Assembly: GCA_964016885.1 (NCBI GenBank)
Contig: OZ024741.1
Span: forward strand, 148,366,001-148,430,000
Direction: 5' to 3'
From: Eledone cirrhosa
Lineage: Eukaryota
DNA: 64,000 bases
Below the pieces are notes generated by a model that was not told the origin of the DNA, did not search any database, and saw only the letters and a list, made by a program, of their open reading frames with translations. A program made the translations under genes and the position numbers. The first letter of the stretch is position 1. Each line of letters opens with the position of its first letter. Of this stretch, positions 1-13,170 are shown piece after piece.

Positions 1-348
1 AAATGGACGAGTCGATTACGACTAAAAGGTTTTTAAGTATAGGCCTGCTTTATTAGTTGATATGCGTCTACATACTCACTGGTTGCTCACGACTGGAACG
101 TCTTTGATCATTGGCCTGCTATATTTGAGTTGATTCTAATCTACGTGATAAATATGATCTTGACTGCTCGAAAGATTTTTTTTTTTTTTTTTTTAGAGAC
201 TAAGTGTTTGGTCAAATAATTGCAGTGGATTTACTTGACCAAACGTTATTTTTTAATGCATCTACGTACACATGAGAATATTGTAAGGTTTGTATACGAA
301 CACATTAGTCTGTATATAGAGCTAAGATCAAAGTAATATTGAAATCGA

Positions 349-379
<31 letters not shown>

Positions 380-785
380 TTTATTTTTTTTTTAATGCTG
401 ACAGATTGATAGAATCACGCTTAAAGAAGCCCCCCCCCCCCCATGAAGTGGAATGGCTGATGCGACAGGCAGTGCCGAGTTTACCATTGTGATTAAGTGT
501 GCTTGGCCTCGTTGGCTAGGGAAACGCATCTTCCTGCTAACACAAATTTCTACTAACACAAATTTCTACTTCCTTCAGGGCCTCGTAAATTAACTAACAC
601 AGGGCCTCATTTGTCCTAAATCTGGCACTGGCAACAGGTATTGCTGGCTGTTCTTTGTGGAAATGTTTTGCCCATCTTGTCTGCAGGGTACAGCTGATGG
701 CATATTTTACCCTCACCTCTTATCTATTTTAAAAACCATTTTTGTTTTAATCAACTATAGATATATTCTGTTTTCTTTCCTCAAG

Positions 786-880
786 GTTCAGGACGTGTAA
801 CATTTAGTACCTATAGAAGTTACATGAAAGCTGTCCAAGCAGCATTTGTGGAAATCAAAACACCAAAGTTTTCTAAGAAG
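786..880 (+). CDS. CPEB1: CPEB1/orb internal coding exon (end of RRM2)
   Basis: Acceptor ttcctcaag| and donor AAG|gtatat. Translates (G)[31 protein letters not shown], which matches the CPEB1-subfamily motif [26 protein letters not shown] as recalled. Ends in phase 0 and joins 2079. Confidence 0.93.
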
Positions 881-1530
881 GTATATTTGTCACTAAGAAA
901 TAGATAGCACTAACACATGACTCGGATTATAGGTGTTAATGAGCCCATGTGGAATATTTATGCATAATAAACATAGATTTAGTCCCACTGAGTATTTAAA
1001 GCAGTGATCATGTTGCTACTTTAGCATCAGGGTTAGGAGTTGATACATCCATTCCATTTCATCATCGTTGCTATTCAACATTCGCTCGCTTGTTTATACT
1101 CTATGTAAAGGAGCTTTCAACGAAGGTAGTTGATTTACAAAGTCTATAACTTGACTGCCTTTCATATCTTGGCATGAGTCGGTGCTGATGACTAATTACA
1201 GTGAAACATGTATCTTACTCTGGTGCGAAGGTTGCCCTATCTCTCTCATTCTTGCGCTCTGTCTCGCTGTGCTAAACGAGAAAAGAAAACGTGAGGTAAT
1301 TTAATCCATTGTTTTACGATCGTTTCGGAAGGCAAAAGTATGACTGAACAGACTAATTCATACAATCAGCCCCGGGAAAGCACGCACTCACTGTGTGTGT
1401 GCGCCACATCACCGAATTAATATTTTGTTTGCCGTAATTCCTCTTAACTAATTATGCAATCTGAACCTGATTGTCACCAGGGTCTTACATAACCAAGTCA
1501 TTGAAATGTTTTTGCAACAAAACTTCAAAA

Positions 1531-1532
<2 letters not shown>

Positions 1533-1574
<42 letters not shown>
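1533..1574. repeat. (TA)n microsatellite
   Basis: Pure TA run. Similar runs occur at ~5678-5722, 12491-12532, 23525-23563, 41298-41378 and 47820-47852. Confidence 0.95.
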
Positions 1575-1583
<9 letters not shown>

Positions 1584-2078
1584 TACACACTGGCTCTGTA
1601 ACTGCTAACAGTATTTTATAAGGGTTCAAAACCAACTTTTTAGTTTAACAATACTTTTATTACAAGTTTTTTCACAAGTAAAAACTTGTAATAAAAGTAT
1701 TAACATAGATAACGAAGATATCTTGTGCATATACATTTTTGTACGTATACGTTTATATGTATGTTTATGTAAATATAAACACGCACACATATATAAATAT
1801 ATTTACTCACACACATACTTACGCGTGATATAAACAGCTTCACAATGATTTCTACTGTAGGCACCACAATGCCATCAATTTGGGGAGAGGTAAAAGTCGA
1901 TTAAATCGAACAATAATAGCCAATGTGTGTAGCAAATCTTAAACTGCTCGTCTTCTATAGTTTGTCACCCAACTCCTTCCTCAGTCATCTCCCTTTCAGT
2001 GTGTGACCGATAATTTTATAAACAAATAAACGCACATTGTCTATTATTAATTATGTGTATATGTTGTATTTATTCCAG

Positions 2079-2270
2079 ATTCAAATAGATCCATATCTTG
2101 AAGACGCTTGTTGTAGTGTCTGTACAATTCAAGCAGGACGGTATTTCTGCCGTGACATGCAGTGTTTTCGTTATTTTTGCCTTCAATGTTGGTATTGGCA
2201 ACACAGTTCAGAATACTTTCGTCACCACATGCCACTCACGAGAAACCGTAAACCTTCCTATGGTATCTGA
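2079..2270 (+). CDS. CPEB1: CPEB1/orb last coding exon (ZZ-type zinc finger, stop)
   Basis: Acceptor tattccag|. Translates [71 protein letters not shown] and the C/H spacing are CPEB1-type rather than CPEB2-4 (VEVKPY). Confidence 0.95.
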   Translation: MQIDPYLEDACCSVCTIQAGRYFCRDMQCFRYFCLQCWYWQHSSEYFRHHMPLTRNRKPSYGI

Positions 2271-3512
2271 TGTTTAGGTAAGTTCCCAACATTTCTACCG
2301 ACCTTCAATAATTTCCATCTTTAAACCCGAAACGAAATAACGTAATGTCTTACATTTTTCTTTCCAGTGTCTTTGGAATTCCAAGTAATTGCATTCAAGC
2401 AAAATGACTTCTCGGAATTCGAAATTTAAACCGCATTTAGAATGACAGCCTTGTTTTAAACTGATCGTTGATTCACACTTTTTCTGTTGTGGAATGTTGA
2501 AGCAGTTATAACTTCGATTAATTTGTTTAGTTTTAAATCTACTAGCATGCCTCATTCCTATAGTTATATTTTGAAGGTCAGACGACGGGTTGATTAACCA
2601 AGACCTGCTGACTGCCTTACAAACTATGGTTTCTAAAATTTATTTTTTCACTAGATAAATAAAATTTTAAGTTTGTAATTTCTTAAGATTCAATTTGTTG
2701 GCTGTTATAATGAAGATGACCATCCCTGAATTAAGGGTCTTTTCTTACTAATGTATTTGCACAATGATTTGCAGATGTTCTAAATAAAGTCATGATTCAA
2801 ACTGCTTTTAGTTTTAATTTTTTTTTTTATTTAATTTATTTTTTTTTTTTTACTGGTTTGTCATTAAACTTGATTTGAATGAAATTTGTAACATACACCC
2901 CACCCGCTTTAAGTTTTTCCAACTTAAAAAGAATTTTGCTCCAATAATATAGTTATTTCCCAAAGTCCTAAACCATTGTTTCAATCTTTTCGTCATAACA
3001 TGATTACTTTCTATCAATAACCACCAAGTCATTGAACTTTTTAAATTCTATCGAGTTTTTAATTAGTAAATTTAGCTCTATAACATTCCTTTTACCCATT
3101 GCTGGTTTCATAATGTCCCAACATCTGAACACGTAATTATCTTTGGCCCCCACCCCTCCTCTCTATCCATGGCCTATAGACTCGCTTGTTCTTCTCATTG
3201 TACTTCCTCTGAACTTTTAAATTGTATGCATCACATATATCGGTCACTCTCCCTTCGTCAACCATGACCGCTGTTCAATATTTTCAACCAAGAATTTAAC
3301 CACTTATTTATTTTTTTTTTTTAGAAACTTTGTACCATGGCCAGAATTGGCCTTCCAATACTCAAGAAAATTGTTACAAGTCTAATCCTTTGGGTAGGGC
3401 GGGGAGAAGTTAGAGAAATGGCGTTTTAGGCAGACGGGACGTAGTGGTGTTCTAAAGATACAATGTCACTTAACGATGTTTTTAGAAATATGGTAATGAA
3501 AGCGTTAAGTAA

Positions 3513-4180
3513 TCATATTGGTGGTATCCCCACAGCCCCGGCGGACAGAATGGAGAAAGCGTTTTCCTGGAGGATGGTAAGGGAAACGCGCTGGAAAAGC
3601 CATTCCAACTCGCGACGCTCAAACCTGCGGCTGGCTAGCTCAGCGCCTATGGTGGGGAGTAGGGAGGTAGCCCTAGGGCCGAGGACACCAGAAGTCTCCA
3701 CTGCCAAGGGCATGACTGCAAACCTGTCAGAGCGACCGGTATTCGGAGAGTTTGGCTTCCTCAGCCCGACGTGAAGCAGAACCTGGGTTAATCGTAGACT
3801 ACACCAGGTTGCGACTGGAAAGTGTCGCTGCAAGTGGCAAAACAGACGAGGGGTTTGCCACCGCGGAACGGGGAGATGGTCATGCCACCTGGCCTTTTAC
3901 CGTCCCTTCGGTCCAGCCCCACCGGCTCAAGCTTGGAAGGGAAGCCTGCAGCGTCCAAGCCATGCTTTATGACCTTTTTGAGGGCAGCATGGCGTGGAAG
4001 GCGGTCGGCATTGTGGCGACAGGAAAGCGGGTGGAGGTCGAAAGAGTCCACAGCGACATTGGTGTGGCTCACAGATCCGGAGGCCAAGCCTCAAGAAAAC
4101 GCCGATGCGCAGGCTATCCAGCTGCGTGCCAATGGAGGAGGGCGGGTTGGTGATGTGAGTCGGTAGTACCTAAGTGGAAA
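3513..4180 (-). mobile_element. CRE-clade non-LTR retrotransposon 3' fragment (zinc knuckle + restriction-like endonuclease), degenerate
   Basis: Broken frames encode HPLSC...PRHAALKKVIKHGLDAAGFPSKLEPVGLDRRDGKRP(D)G...TCSDTF and [16 protein letters not shown]...RELEWLFQRVSLTILQENA. Same family as the copies at 8.9-11.0 kb and 14.0-14.6 kb. Confidence 0.85.
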
Positions 4181-4527
4181 TGGCACGAAACCAGCAAGGG
4201 TAGAGCATTGTATGTTTGTATTCCCTTTGTCCATTATTATAGTTTTACCTGCAATCGTCTTGAGGTTTGATGCCTTCCTTAACTTGTAAGATTGATTTTC
4301 AATTTGGGACGGCCTGTCGTTATGGACGACGCCTATTTTCATTTGATTGTTTATTTTTTCATTAAAAGAAAACAAAAAACTGATCACTGTCCGCTTGTAA
4401 TGCAATCTGTTGTTTATTCATTTCTTTCCCTTTAAAGGTTTGTCATTAGACACGATCATGCTGGAGCATTATCTCCAGGGGATTTAGTTGATCATACCGA
4501 CCCAAGTAATTTTATTTTATTTTTTTA

Positions 4528-4559
<32 letters not shown>

Positions 4560-5676
4560 ACTGGACATAAACAGACGCATCGCTTGTCATCTTCAGTCTG
4601 TGTACCAAATTACACACCTAATTTGCATGACCGTGTCTTAGTTTGTCCCATAACAAGCGGTTTAATGAAAAACGTCGATGAATAAGTATCGTACTTCGAA
4701 AAAAGTATTGGTAGATTTGAATCGACTAAAATCGTTTAAAGGTAGTACCCCAGTATGGCCGCAGACTTATGACTGAAATCATTAAAAGAATAAAAACTAA
4801 ATTTAAGGAAGATACAGTTCTAATTGATTTATGTAATTAATTAATTACACAAATCATTTGATGACGGCAAGTGCTGCTTTGTACATTTTCTAGATTAATC
4901 TAAAGTAGTGGTGGTAGTGTTATAAGTGGGGGTGATGATGGAGTACACGACTTGCGGCGACATGGTTCTATATTTCAGTGTAAGTAATCTGGTTTCTTAC
5001 ACCATCGGAGAAAGAGGTGGAGCTACTTACTCAGGAAGTTTCTAATTTTAGTGTCAGACTGAATACTTTTCATGCCATAGAATAAAATAAAATAAAAAAA
5101 TTGGGATGGCAACAACTTAGCTTAGTAGAATAGCTCGATGTCGAGAAAGGATAGGAGTAACTGCTGACTGAATCGTAGGGATGCCATCTTGGCATGACTT
5201 AGTGAAGATCAGGCCTGTGCGCAGCCAATTTCTTCCATAGGGGGGAGAAAGAGATATAGAGGAATCGACTCCAGTATTTAACGTACTTCTCCAACCCCGA
5301 CAAGATAAAAAGCAGAGTTAATCACGCTGGGATTTGAACGCAAAATGTCGGAACGAATACCGTAAAGCATTCTGCCCGACGTTCTAACGGCTCTGCCTAT
5401 TCGCCGACTGGAGGTCTCTCTAAAGTTGGTAAATCTCGACTAGCTGGAGGTGGGCTCACTGTGCAAGCATTGGACGCACAAGGCGAGAGCACCATCAAGA
5501 GAATTGCTATAAAACTAGTCCCTCATAATTGAGAATGTCTTGGTAGTGTGTATCCTGCTGCCACGGACCACCTGTACCGTTGATATCGTGTGACAATTGG
5601 AAAGGGAAGAGGGTTGATCAGAGTGCAGGGAGCCGAAACGAATATCGAACGTTTTTACGAAACTTTGAAGTCACTG

Positions 5677-5731
<55 letters not shown>

Positions 5732-6225
5732 AACTGGAACAATACATTTACTTCCACCTTAAATGATATTCGGAATGGCATGCGCACTACAACTTGTCCT
5801 ATACAGTGAGATAATAATCCAAAGAGACCCCCCCCCCCCCATCACTTCAGCACAACTTACATATAACAGACGAGATAACGACGTAGTCTCTACACGATTG
5901 TTCCACTTGCTAAAGATAGCAGCTAAGTTCCATCAAATCATACACTTACATAAAGACACACTGACCAATATCTTTAATACACAAATGGAATGGTCACGAC
6001 TGGTACGTCTTTGATTATGAAATGATCTTGATCTAAACAGCTAAGACTTTTCAATTGAAATTAATTAAATAAAATGTTATTAGTATCGATTCTCAATTAA
6101 AAACATTTCACTTCGCTTTTTCTCCTCTTCGGGCTAGACAAAGGCATTACAATTTCCGCCATCTCTCTAGGGGGACTGTAAGGTCGCTGCTAACATACGC
6201 CATGTAGTGAGCTCGGAAAATTTAA

Positions 6226-7556
6226 TTAATTAATAAAACAGACTTCCTTGGTGATGTTAGATCTCCATCGGTTCCAACAGCGAGTGTTCCACTTGTTCGA
6301 GCAAAAGTACAGCCTTAAACACTCCTTCCAGCGGGTCCTGTCAGAAGCAACTCTCCTACCGATCCGACTGGATCTCCAAGTGAGACAAGCCAAGCTCATG
6401 GATATTATCCAGCCATCTTGCTCGGAGTCCACCCCTGGGTCTGCTGCAGGTTGGTTTTGCTCGTAAAATCTGTCCAGCAATTCATTCCCGAGACATTTTA
6501 ACGACATGCCCATAGTATCATAGTGATCTTTCAATTCGGAACAGGTAGCAGCTCTACCTGGAGTGACTCTCTGATCTCCAAGCAATGCACTCTATCGAGT
6601 AATGTTACTCCAAAGCCCCTTCGGAGGAACCCCATTTAGGTCGCTTGTATTCGCGATCGTATTCTTTCGGTCATTACCCAAGATTCATGACCATAGGTAA
6701 GGGTTGGCACGAATATCGAATTGAAGATAACGAGTTTGGTTTTTACACCTACTCCACTTCTGATTACTGAATGCTGAAATTGACGCATTACTGCACCACC
6801 TCCTGCAATTTTTGCACTTAATTCAGCCTCATGCCTTCCATCACTCGTGAACACGGCCTCGACATACTTGAACTACTCAACCTGCTTCAGTGGAACTCCA
6901 TTTATATGTAGAGTGCATTGCGCAGGCTTCTTTGAGAGTACGAATGTCTCATGTTTCGCAGCACTGATTTTCATTCCAGCCATGCATCACTCGGCATGTC
7001 GAGTTAAGAACACCATGTCGTCTGCAAATTCCAGTCGACTGATTTTACACCCGCCAGTTGGGATACCACTTCCAAGCCGACTACGCATGTCGATCCTGTT
7101 CATGAAAATAATCAAAAAGAGAGGTGAGAGAACGCACCCTTGGCGGAGTTCGACTCCCATATCGAATGGTTTCGATTTAGCACCGAACGCAAATACTTGG
7201 GCATTCATATAGAGACATCAGGGCAGCAAGGAGATGACCATCGATCCCATACTCCCGCGGAACCTTCCACAGCAGGTCCATAAGAACGCGGTCATATGCC
7301 TTTTCAAGGTCGATAAATCAAGAATATACATTTTGGCAATGCTCCCACGATTTCTCGAAGTCCTGACGCAGTGTGTATATTTGGTCGGCTGTGCTGCACC
7401 CAGGGCGAAAACCACATTGTTCATCGTTTGACGTGGACTCGACAATCTCCCTACATCTCTTTACCAGGCCCTTAACATAGACTTTACCAGAGAGGCTTAA
7501 CAAGGAGGTCCCTCTGTAATTGGAACAATCTCTTTTTTCTCCTTTTTTGAAAATTA
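6226..7556 (-). mobile_element. RTE-clade LINE fragment (RT, no PHD insert), 5'-truncated, frameshifted
   Basis: Motifs EQCGFRPGCSTADQIYTLRQ, GVELRQGCVLSPLFLIIFM, LEFADD and PTLTYGHESWVMTERIRSRIQAT. Confidence 0.88.
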
Positions 7557-8854
7557 TATCTCCCCAGCGAAAATAAATTCTATCGGTACTGCCAGAAAAA
7601 AAATGAGATATTATATTTGTTGTTCTCTTTGTGCGTGAATAAACGCGAGGCAGCGTGATAACTTCAAATTAGGTAAGATCGGTGTTAACTTACTTAAAAG
7701 ATAGTAATGGTGACTGCACTGACACAGCGTAATTCAGAATAAGGCGTATGCGGAGATATGGTTACAGTTAAACATTCCCACAGCGGGACTAATTGGCCAT
7801 GAAAATAATGTATATGGGTTCATATACGCCTTTGTTACAATGTGTTTTAATTAAAAAAATTTTAATTAAGATATACCTATGTTTGAGGACATAGAAACAG
7901 CATAATAATGAGCAATTGTCAAGAAAGACAGGGGAGATAACCACGACGTTACAATTGTAATCTTGAAGTAAAGTGAATCATGAAAAATACAGACTTCAGT
8001 GAAAAATATTTAATGTTCTGAAAGTAATAAACACAATAAGTATTTACTGTTTATGTCCCCGTTACTTAGTGTTCGATAAAATAAATAACAGGCTTGAAAT
8101 ATATGTACTAAGATTGATATGATCAGCTAAAAACTTTGAGGTCACGTTAGTGCACATTAGAAGAAGGAAGAGAGAAATAAAAGAAAATGAACCAGAGAGA
8201 GGGAGGAAGTCAGCTGAAGTGCAGGGTCAGAGAAAGAGAAAGGAATGTAAATATAAATACATAGGAAAGAGAAAAAAAGAAAAAGAAATATAGAAAGAAA
8301 GAATGAAACAAGAAAGTTGAATTATAAAGATAGAAATGAGGAAAGAGAATGAAAAGAAAAAATAAACAAAAGAAAAGCAGGAACAAACGAAACACAAAAT
8401 AAAAAATGAAGGACGCGCGCGCGTGTGTGTGTGTGTTTTATGTTGATAATGTATAATGTATACAATGTTTTCGTTATTTTTTCGGTTGAGAGACTGTTTT
8501 ATTAGTAAAAAAAGTAAAAGTGTAATAATTTATATTTTCAAAATTAGTAGTCATTTCATTGTTTCATGCCCTATAAACACCTTCCCAAACACCAGCTGAA
8601 TAAGAGAGAAGTCTGAAGTCAATTTAAATCACTGGACTATATTTGTTGTAGTTATATATTACCAACATCTTGTCATGCTTCTCAGGTTAACTGGCTAGTT
8701 TAGTAATGCTGTTTTCTCTAGCTTATATTAAAATTACTTTATATATTGTGTATATTTTTATATACACAATTATATGTGTATCTCTTATTATATGTGTATC
8801 TCTTTCATTCACTGCCTCCGTCTCTCTCGCTATCCACAACTCTCACTATTATAA

Positions 8855-10985
8855 ACAAATGGGAGCCCACGCGCTGGCCGCCCCGTGGCCTCGGCGGACT
8901 GAATACAGAAGGCGTTTCCTCGGAGGATGGTGAAGGAGATGTGTTGGAAGAGCCATTCCAGCTCGCGAGGATAACACCTGCAGATATCCAACTCCGTGCT
9001 GATGGGGGTGAGTAGGGAGGTGGTCTTAGGGCCAAGGAGACCAGAAGTTTCCACTGCTACGGGCTCGACCGCAAACCTGTGGAGAGCGACCGATGTTTGG
9101 AGAGTTTACCCTCCTCGGCCCGAAGTGCAGCAGAGCCTGGATTAGTCGCAGACTACACCAGATTGCCGACAGCATCTGGTATCCCAGATGAGGGGTTTAC
9201 CACCACGGAACGGGAAGATGGTCATGCCGTCTGGCCTGTAGCCGTCCCCTCGGTCCAACCCAATCGGCTCTAGCCGGGAGGGGAAGCCTGCAGCATCCAA
9301 GCCATGCTTTATGATCTCGTTGAGAGCATCATGGCGTGGTAGGCAGTCGGCACTGTAGCGACAGGACAGCGGCTGGAGGCCGAAAGAGTCTACCATTGAT
9401 CCGCAGTCACACTTGTGTGGCTCACAGATCCGGAGGCCGAGCCTGAAGGAAATCCCGATTCGCAAGCTATTGTTATCCAGCTGCGTGCCAGTCGAAAAAG
9501 ATGGTAAGCCATTGAACCAGGCACCGCTGTGGGGTTGCAAGGTCAAGCGAAAACATGCGAGGCGGTACCTGTCCGAGACCATGCAGCACTGGATGGCATC
9601 CCATATGTTTTGGGGCGATTTGATGTCTACCGGGCAGAGTCCGAGCCGGTTCCAAGACTTGCAGGTGGATTCCGTTCTGGAGACCCTGTTGATGAGGACA
9701 CAGCAAGATGTTACCAACGAAAGAAACGCCGGCAAAGCCAGAGAGACCGGAGACCGAAGACCAAGGCCACCGTTTCTAATGGGTAAGGTGGTCTGTTGCT
9801 ATCCAAAGTCGTCAAACCTTACGTTGCATATCTTCTCAGCTGCCACTCAGCTACAAGTATCGGGGTCAGTGAGGATGCATGGCTGTAGCAAGGAGCACTA
9901 CGAAATGTGTAGAGGAGCTTCGGCCTGGCGAAGCAATTCCTCAACAAGAAGAGGGTTGAATGAGCGTCAATCAGGCCCAGTTTGCACGTGAGGGCCATGA
10001 GCTGCTGTAGCCGAGACCTGATGGTGGAGCGAATGGCCGGTGGGAGGATCGGTGACCCAAGGATGAGAACATCCTCTTTCGGAGTCATCTGCACATGGCG
10101 GAGAATGGATTGCACGTCCGAGACTGAGGCTGTAAAGTCCTCTGTGTCGTAGTTGACATTCACCACCTCCGACATGGCCGTGTTGACCTCACGACCGAGC
10201 AAAATGGAAGGGGCTCAAAGGGTCACCTGTTGAACCCCAGTGGCTGAAGGTATGAGAGTGCCAGCAGCAAGGAGCACCCTCGGGGCTCCATACGACAGGT
10301 AGGCCAGCGGGTAGACAGAGATGACTTGGCTGAGGCAGGCCTCGAGCAGATAGTCACGGCGTAGCATGTTAAAAGCATTCTTCGTGTCAAGTTTGACAAT
10401 GAGGTGTTTGGGTTCCTCGATGCCGGTTCCGGTTGACAGCTGTTGTGCGGCCCCCTCACATCTACCAAGCACGCCGACCCCTAGTTGCACCGGGCTGAAC
10501 TCCTCGCTCAGTTCAGCTGTGATGGACTAGCAGACAACCTTACCAGCCAGCCTCCGGAAGATATTGCCCACAGCAATAGGGTGTATGCTACCCTCTTTCT
10601 TCTTGAGAGCGGTCAGGCTGGCCGAAAAGAAGAAAGAGGGCAGCATGGATGAACTTGTTGATAAATGCCACAATTGCACTCAGCAGCTGACATCTGGCTT
10701 CGGCTGATAAGGAGGATAACAACACTTTAAGGTGGCCAGGTCGGAGACTATCAGTACTTCCGCTACTGCTAGCAGGAAAGGACTTAATGGCAGACGTGGC
10801 GTCTGCGTCTGATGCCACATATAGCAGGTGAGGATCACGTGGGGTATGGGTCTGAGGTTTGTTGGCGACTTAGGATGCTTGAGTCAGAGAGTAGCCACGA
10901 CCTCCCCGGTGGTGTGGAGAACGGTGTCCTCCGAGGCGATCACTCTGACCGCGGCCGAGACATCACTTTCGATTAGTTTGACGTT
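8855..10985 (-). mobile_element. CRE-clade non-LTR retrotransposon, 5'-truncated (RT + RLE), many frameshifts
   Basis: RT motifs LRPGHLK, PIAVGN, QLGVG, KLDTKNAFN and GVQQ. PKLLYTFRSAP, then C-x-CG..DSFG..PLSC..PRH..LN, and RPDG...WD endonuclease motifs. Confidence 0.88.
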
Positions 10986-11094
10986 CAGTATAATAAAAAA
11001 AATTTCATTATGCTTCTTGTCCTAGCGCCCTCACGCATCTATTAGTATATGCGCTACAATTTATGTACATGTTATGAAGAGACAGATGAGAGAG

Positions 11095-12050
11095 ATAGAT
11101 GTAGATATAGAGAGGGGGAGAGTTTGGTGCTAATTGATATAGAGAGGAAGGTTGGGAGAGTGCGTTGTATATTAGATATAGAGAGCGGGAGAGTTTGGTG
11201 TAAATTGATATAGACAGGGGGGTTGGAAGAGATTTCCATGTAGTAGATATACAGAGGGGGAGAGTTTAGTGCTAATCTACTAAAACCAAACTCTACCCTT
11301 CTCTTATCCCACTCTCAATATCTAAGACTAATACACTCTCTATGAATATCTACACTTCCCCAATCCCCCTTTGTATATCAATCACCCCTAAACTCTCACC
11401 CTCACTATATCTACTATATCTACTACATGGTACTCCTCCATTATCCTTCTCTGTATAGCTACAACCACCAAATTCACCCCTCTCTATATATACTACATGG
11501 TACTCTCTTCCAATACTCCTCTCTATATCAATTAACACAAAACTTTTCCCTCTATATATCTACTACATTGAACTCTCTTCCAATTCCCCTCACTATATTA
11601 ATTAAAACCAAACTCTCCCCCTCTCTATATCTACTACACGGAACTTTCTGCCAACCCCCTCTCTATATCTACTACACAGAACTCTCTCCCAACGCCCCTC
11701 TCTATATCAATTACAACCAAACTATCCCCCTCTCTATATCTACCAAACACTCTCTCTCATTCCCACTCACTCTCTCTATCAGTACCAAACTCTGCCCTTC
11801 TTTATATCTACTATACGGCCTATCTCTATCAATCCTCACCTTCTATTCATTACCAGCAAACTCCCCCACTCTCTATATCAACCATACAACAAACTCTCCC
11901 AATCCCCCTCTCTATATCAATTAGCACCAAACTATCCCCCTCTCTATATCTACTATACGGAACTCTCTCCCAATCCCCCTCTCTATATCAATAAACACCA
12001 ATCTCCCCCTTCTCTATATCTAATATACAACACACTCTCCCAACCTTCCT
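11095..12050. repeat. Degenerate ~37/74-bp minisatellite with an internal orientation switch
   Basis: Units such as ccccctctctatatctactacacggaactctctcccaa / ccccctctctatatcaattagcaccaaactc. 11095-11280 is the reverse complement of the array that follows. Confidence 0.8.
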
Positions 12051-12221
12051 GTACAGGAATTGAATAATCAAAACCTTGGCGGTATGTCGCATATCCAATC
12101 TCTCATATATCTGATGAAAACGTACTTAAACACCATTATACCTTTGAAATATGTATAATAAAATATATATTTTGGTTATGAGAATATTTTTCATTTATTA
12201 ATATTTTGAATAATATTAAAT

Positions 12222-12402
12222 ATGGCAGTATCGGTAGAGGGTCGGACGTCATGTTTTGACGCATAGAGTTACGGCCCTTGCCATTTTGAGTTCAAATCCC
12301 GCCGAGGTTAACTTTGCCTTTCATCCTTACGGGGTCGATAAAATAAAGTACCAATAATGCACTGAGTAATTGCTGGCCTTGTGCCAAAAGTAGAAACAAT
12401 TC
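12222..12402 (+). mobile_element. tRNA-derived SINE with Nin/Deu-like central domain
   Basis: B-box-like gagttcaaatcc, the domain ctttgcctttcatccttacggggtcgataaaataaagtacc, and tail ggccttgtgccaaaagtagaaacaatt. Near-identical to the copies at 38498 and 50281. Confidence 0.75.
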
Positions 12403-12489
12403 AATACTCCAGAAAAATTCTTGTCGAGTGCTTCTAATCTATTGTAAAATTGTATTCGTTGAATAATCAACGAACCATTTAAACTTTGG

Positions 12490-12532
<43 letters not shown>

Positions 12533-12534
<2 letters not shown>

Positions 12535-12602
12535 CATACGTCAAGACGGGCGGTTTCAAAAGTGAAACTAATTTTTGACATGTGTGTATATATATGTGTG
12601 TG

Positions 12603-12649
<47 letters not shown>

Positions 12650-12990
12650 TTGTATATATATATGTGTTTGTGTCATCATCATCGTTTAACGTCTATCTTC
12701 CACGCAAGCATGGGTTTAGACGTATATATATGTTTGTGTGTATATATGTGTTTGTGTGTATATATGTGTTTGTGTATATATATGTGTCTGTATATATATA
12801 TATGTGTATTTATATATATATTTATGCACACATACACATTTGTATGAATTTGTAGATGTATATATATATATGCATGTACACAATTGTATGGTTTTTAAAA
12901 AAAATAATGACATTGTGTGTGAAAGTAATCACTTACGTAACTGTCAAAAATTAGTTTCACTTTTGAGACCGCCCGTCTTGACGTATGCCC
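12533..12990. mobile_element. Non-autonomous DNA transposon (MITE) with ~48-bp terminal inverted repeats, TA-flanked
   Basis: ggcatacgtcaagacgggcggtttcaaaagtgaaactaatttttgaca (12533-12580) is the reverse complement of 12942-12989 with one mismatch. The interior is TA/TG microsatellite plus a short RTE tail. Confidence 0.85.
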
Positions 12991-13170
12991 TATATTTATG
13001 GTTTTATAAATATAGTTTCCATTTATTTAATATCATTGTATATATATATCATAGCATACAAATCAATATATATCTTAATTAGCTACCAACATGAGAGCTA
13101 TTAATATGCAAATAAATAAGGCATTTCGGGATACTACTATAAGTGAAAAGGTATATACGATCCGCGATTA

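Noticed and set aside
1312-1370. Minus-strand GAAACGATCGTA, resembling a hammerhead stem III
   Set aside because: No CUGANGA or UUGANAA core at the right spacing.
2780-2850. CPE-like TTTTAAT/TTTTAT next to AATAAA, suggesting CPEB1 autoregulation
   Set aside because: The motifs lie downstream of the hexamer in a T-rich run, are expected by chance in AT-rich DNA, and may be intronic.
4571-4601. Minus-strand acaga-CTGAAGA-tgacaagc-ga-tgcgtctgt hammerhead relic
   Set aside because: GAAA is missing, so it is too decayed to call.
11427-13082. ORFs rich in Leu/Ser/Pro or Tyr/Ile repeats
   Set aside because: Translations of minisatellite and (TA)/(TG) microsatellite.
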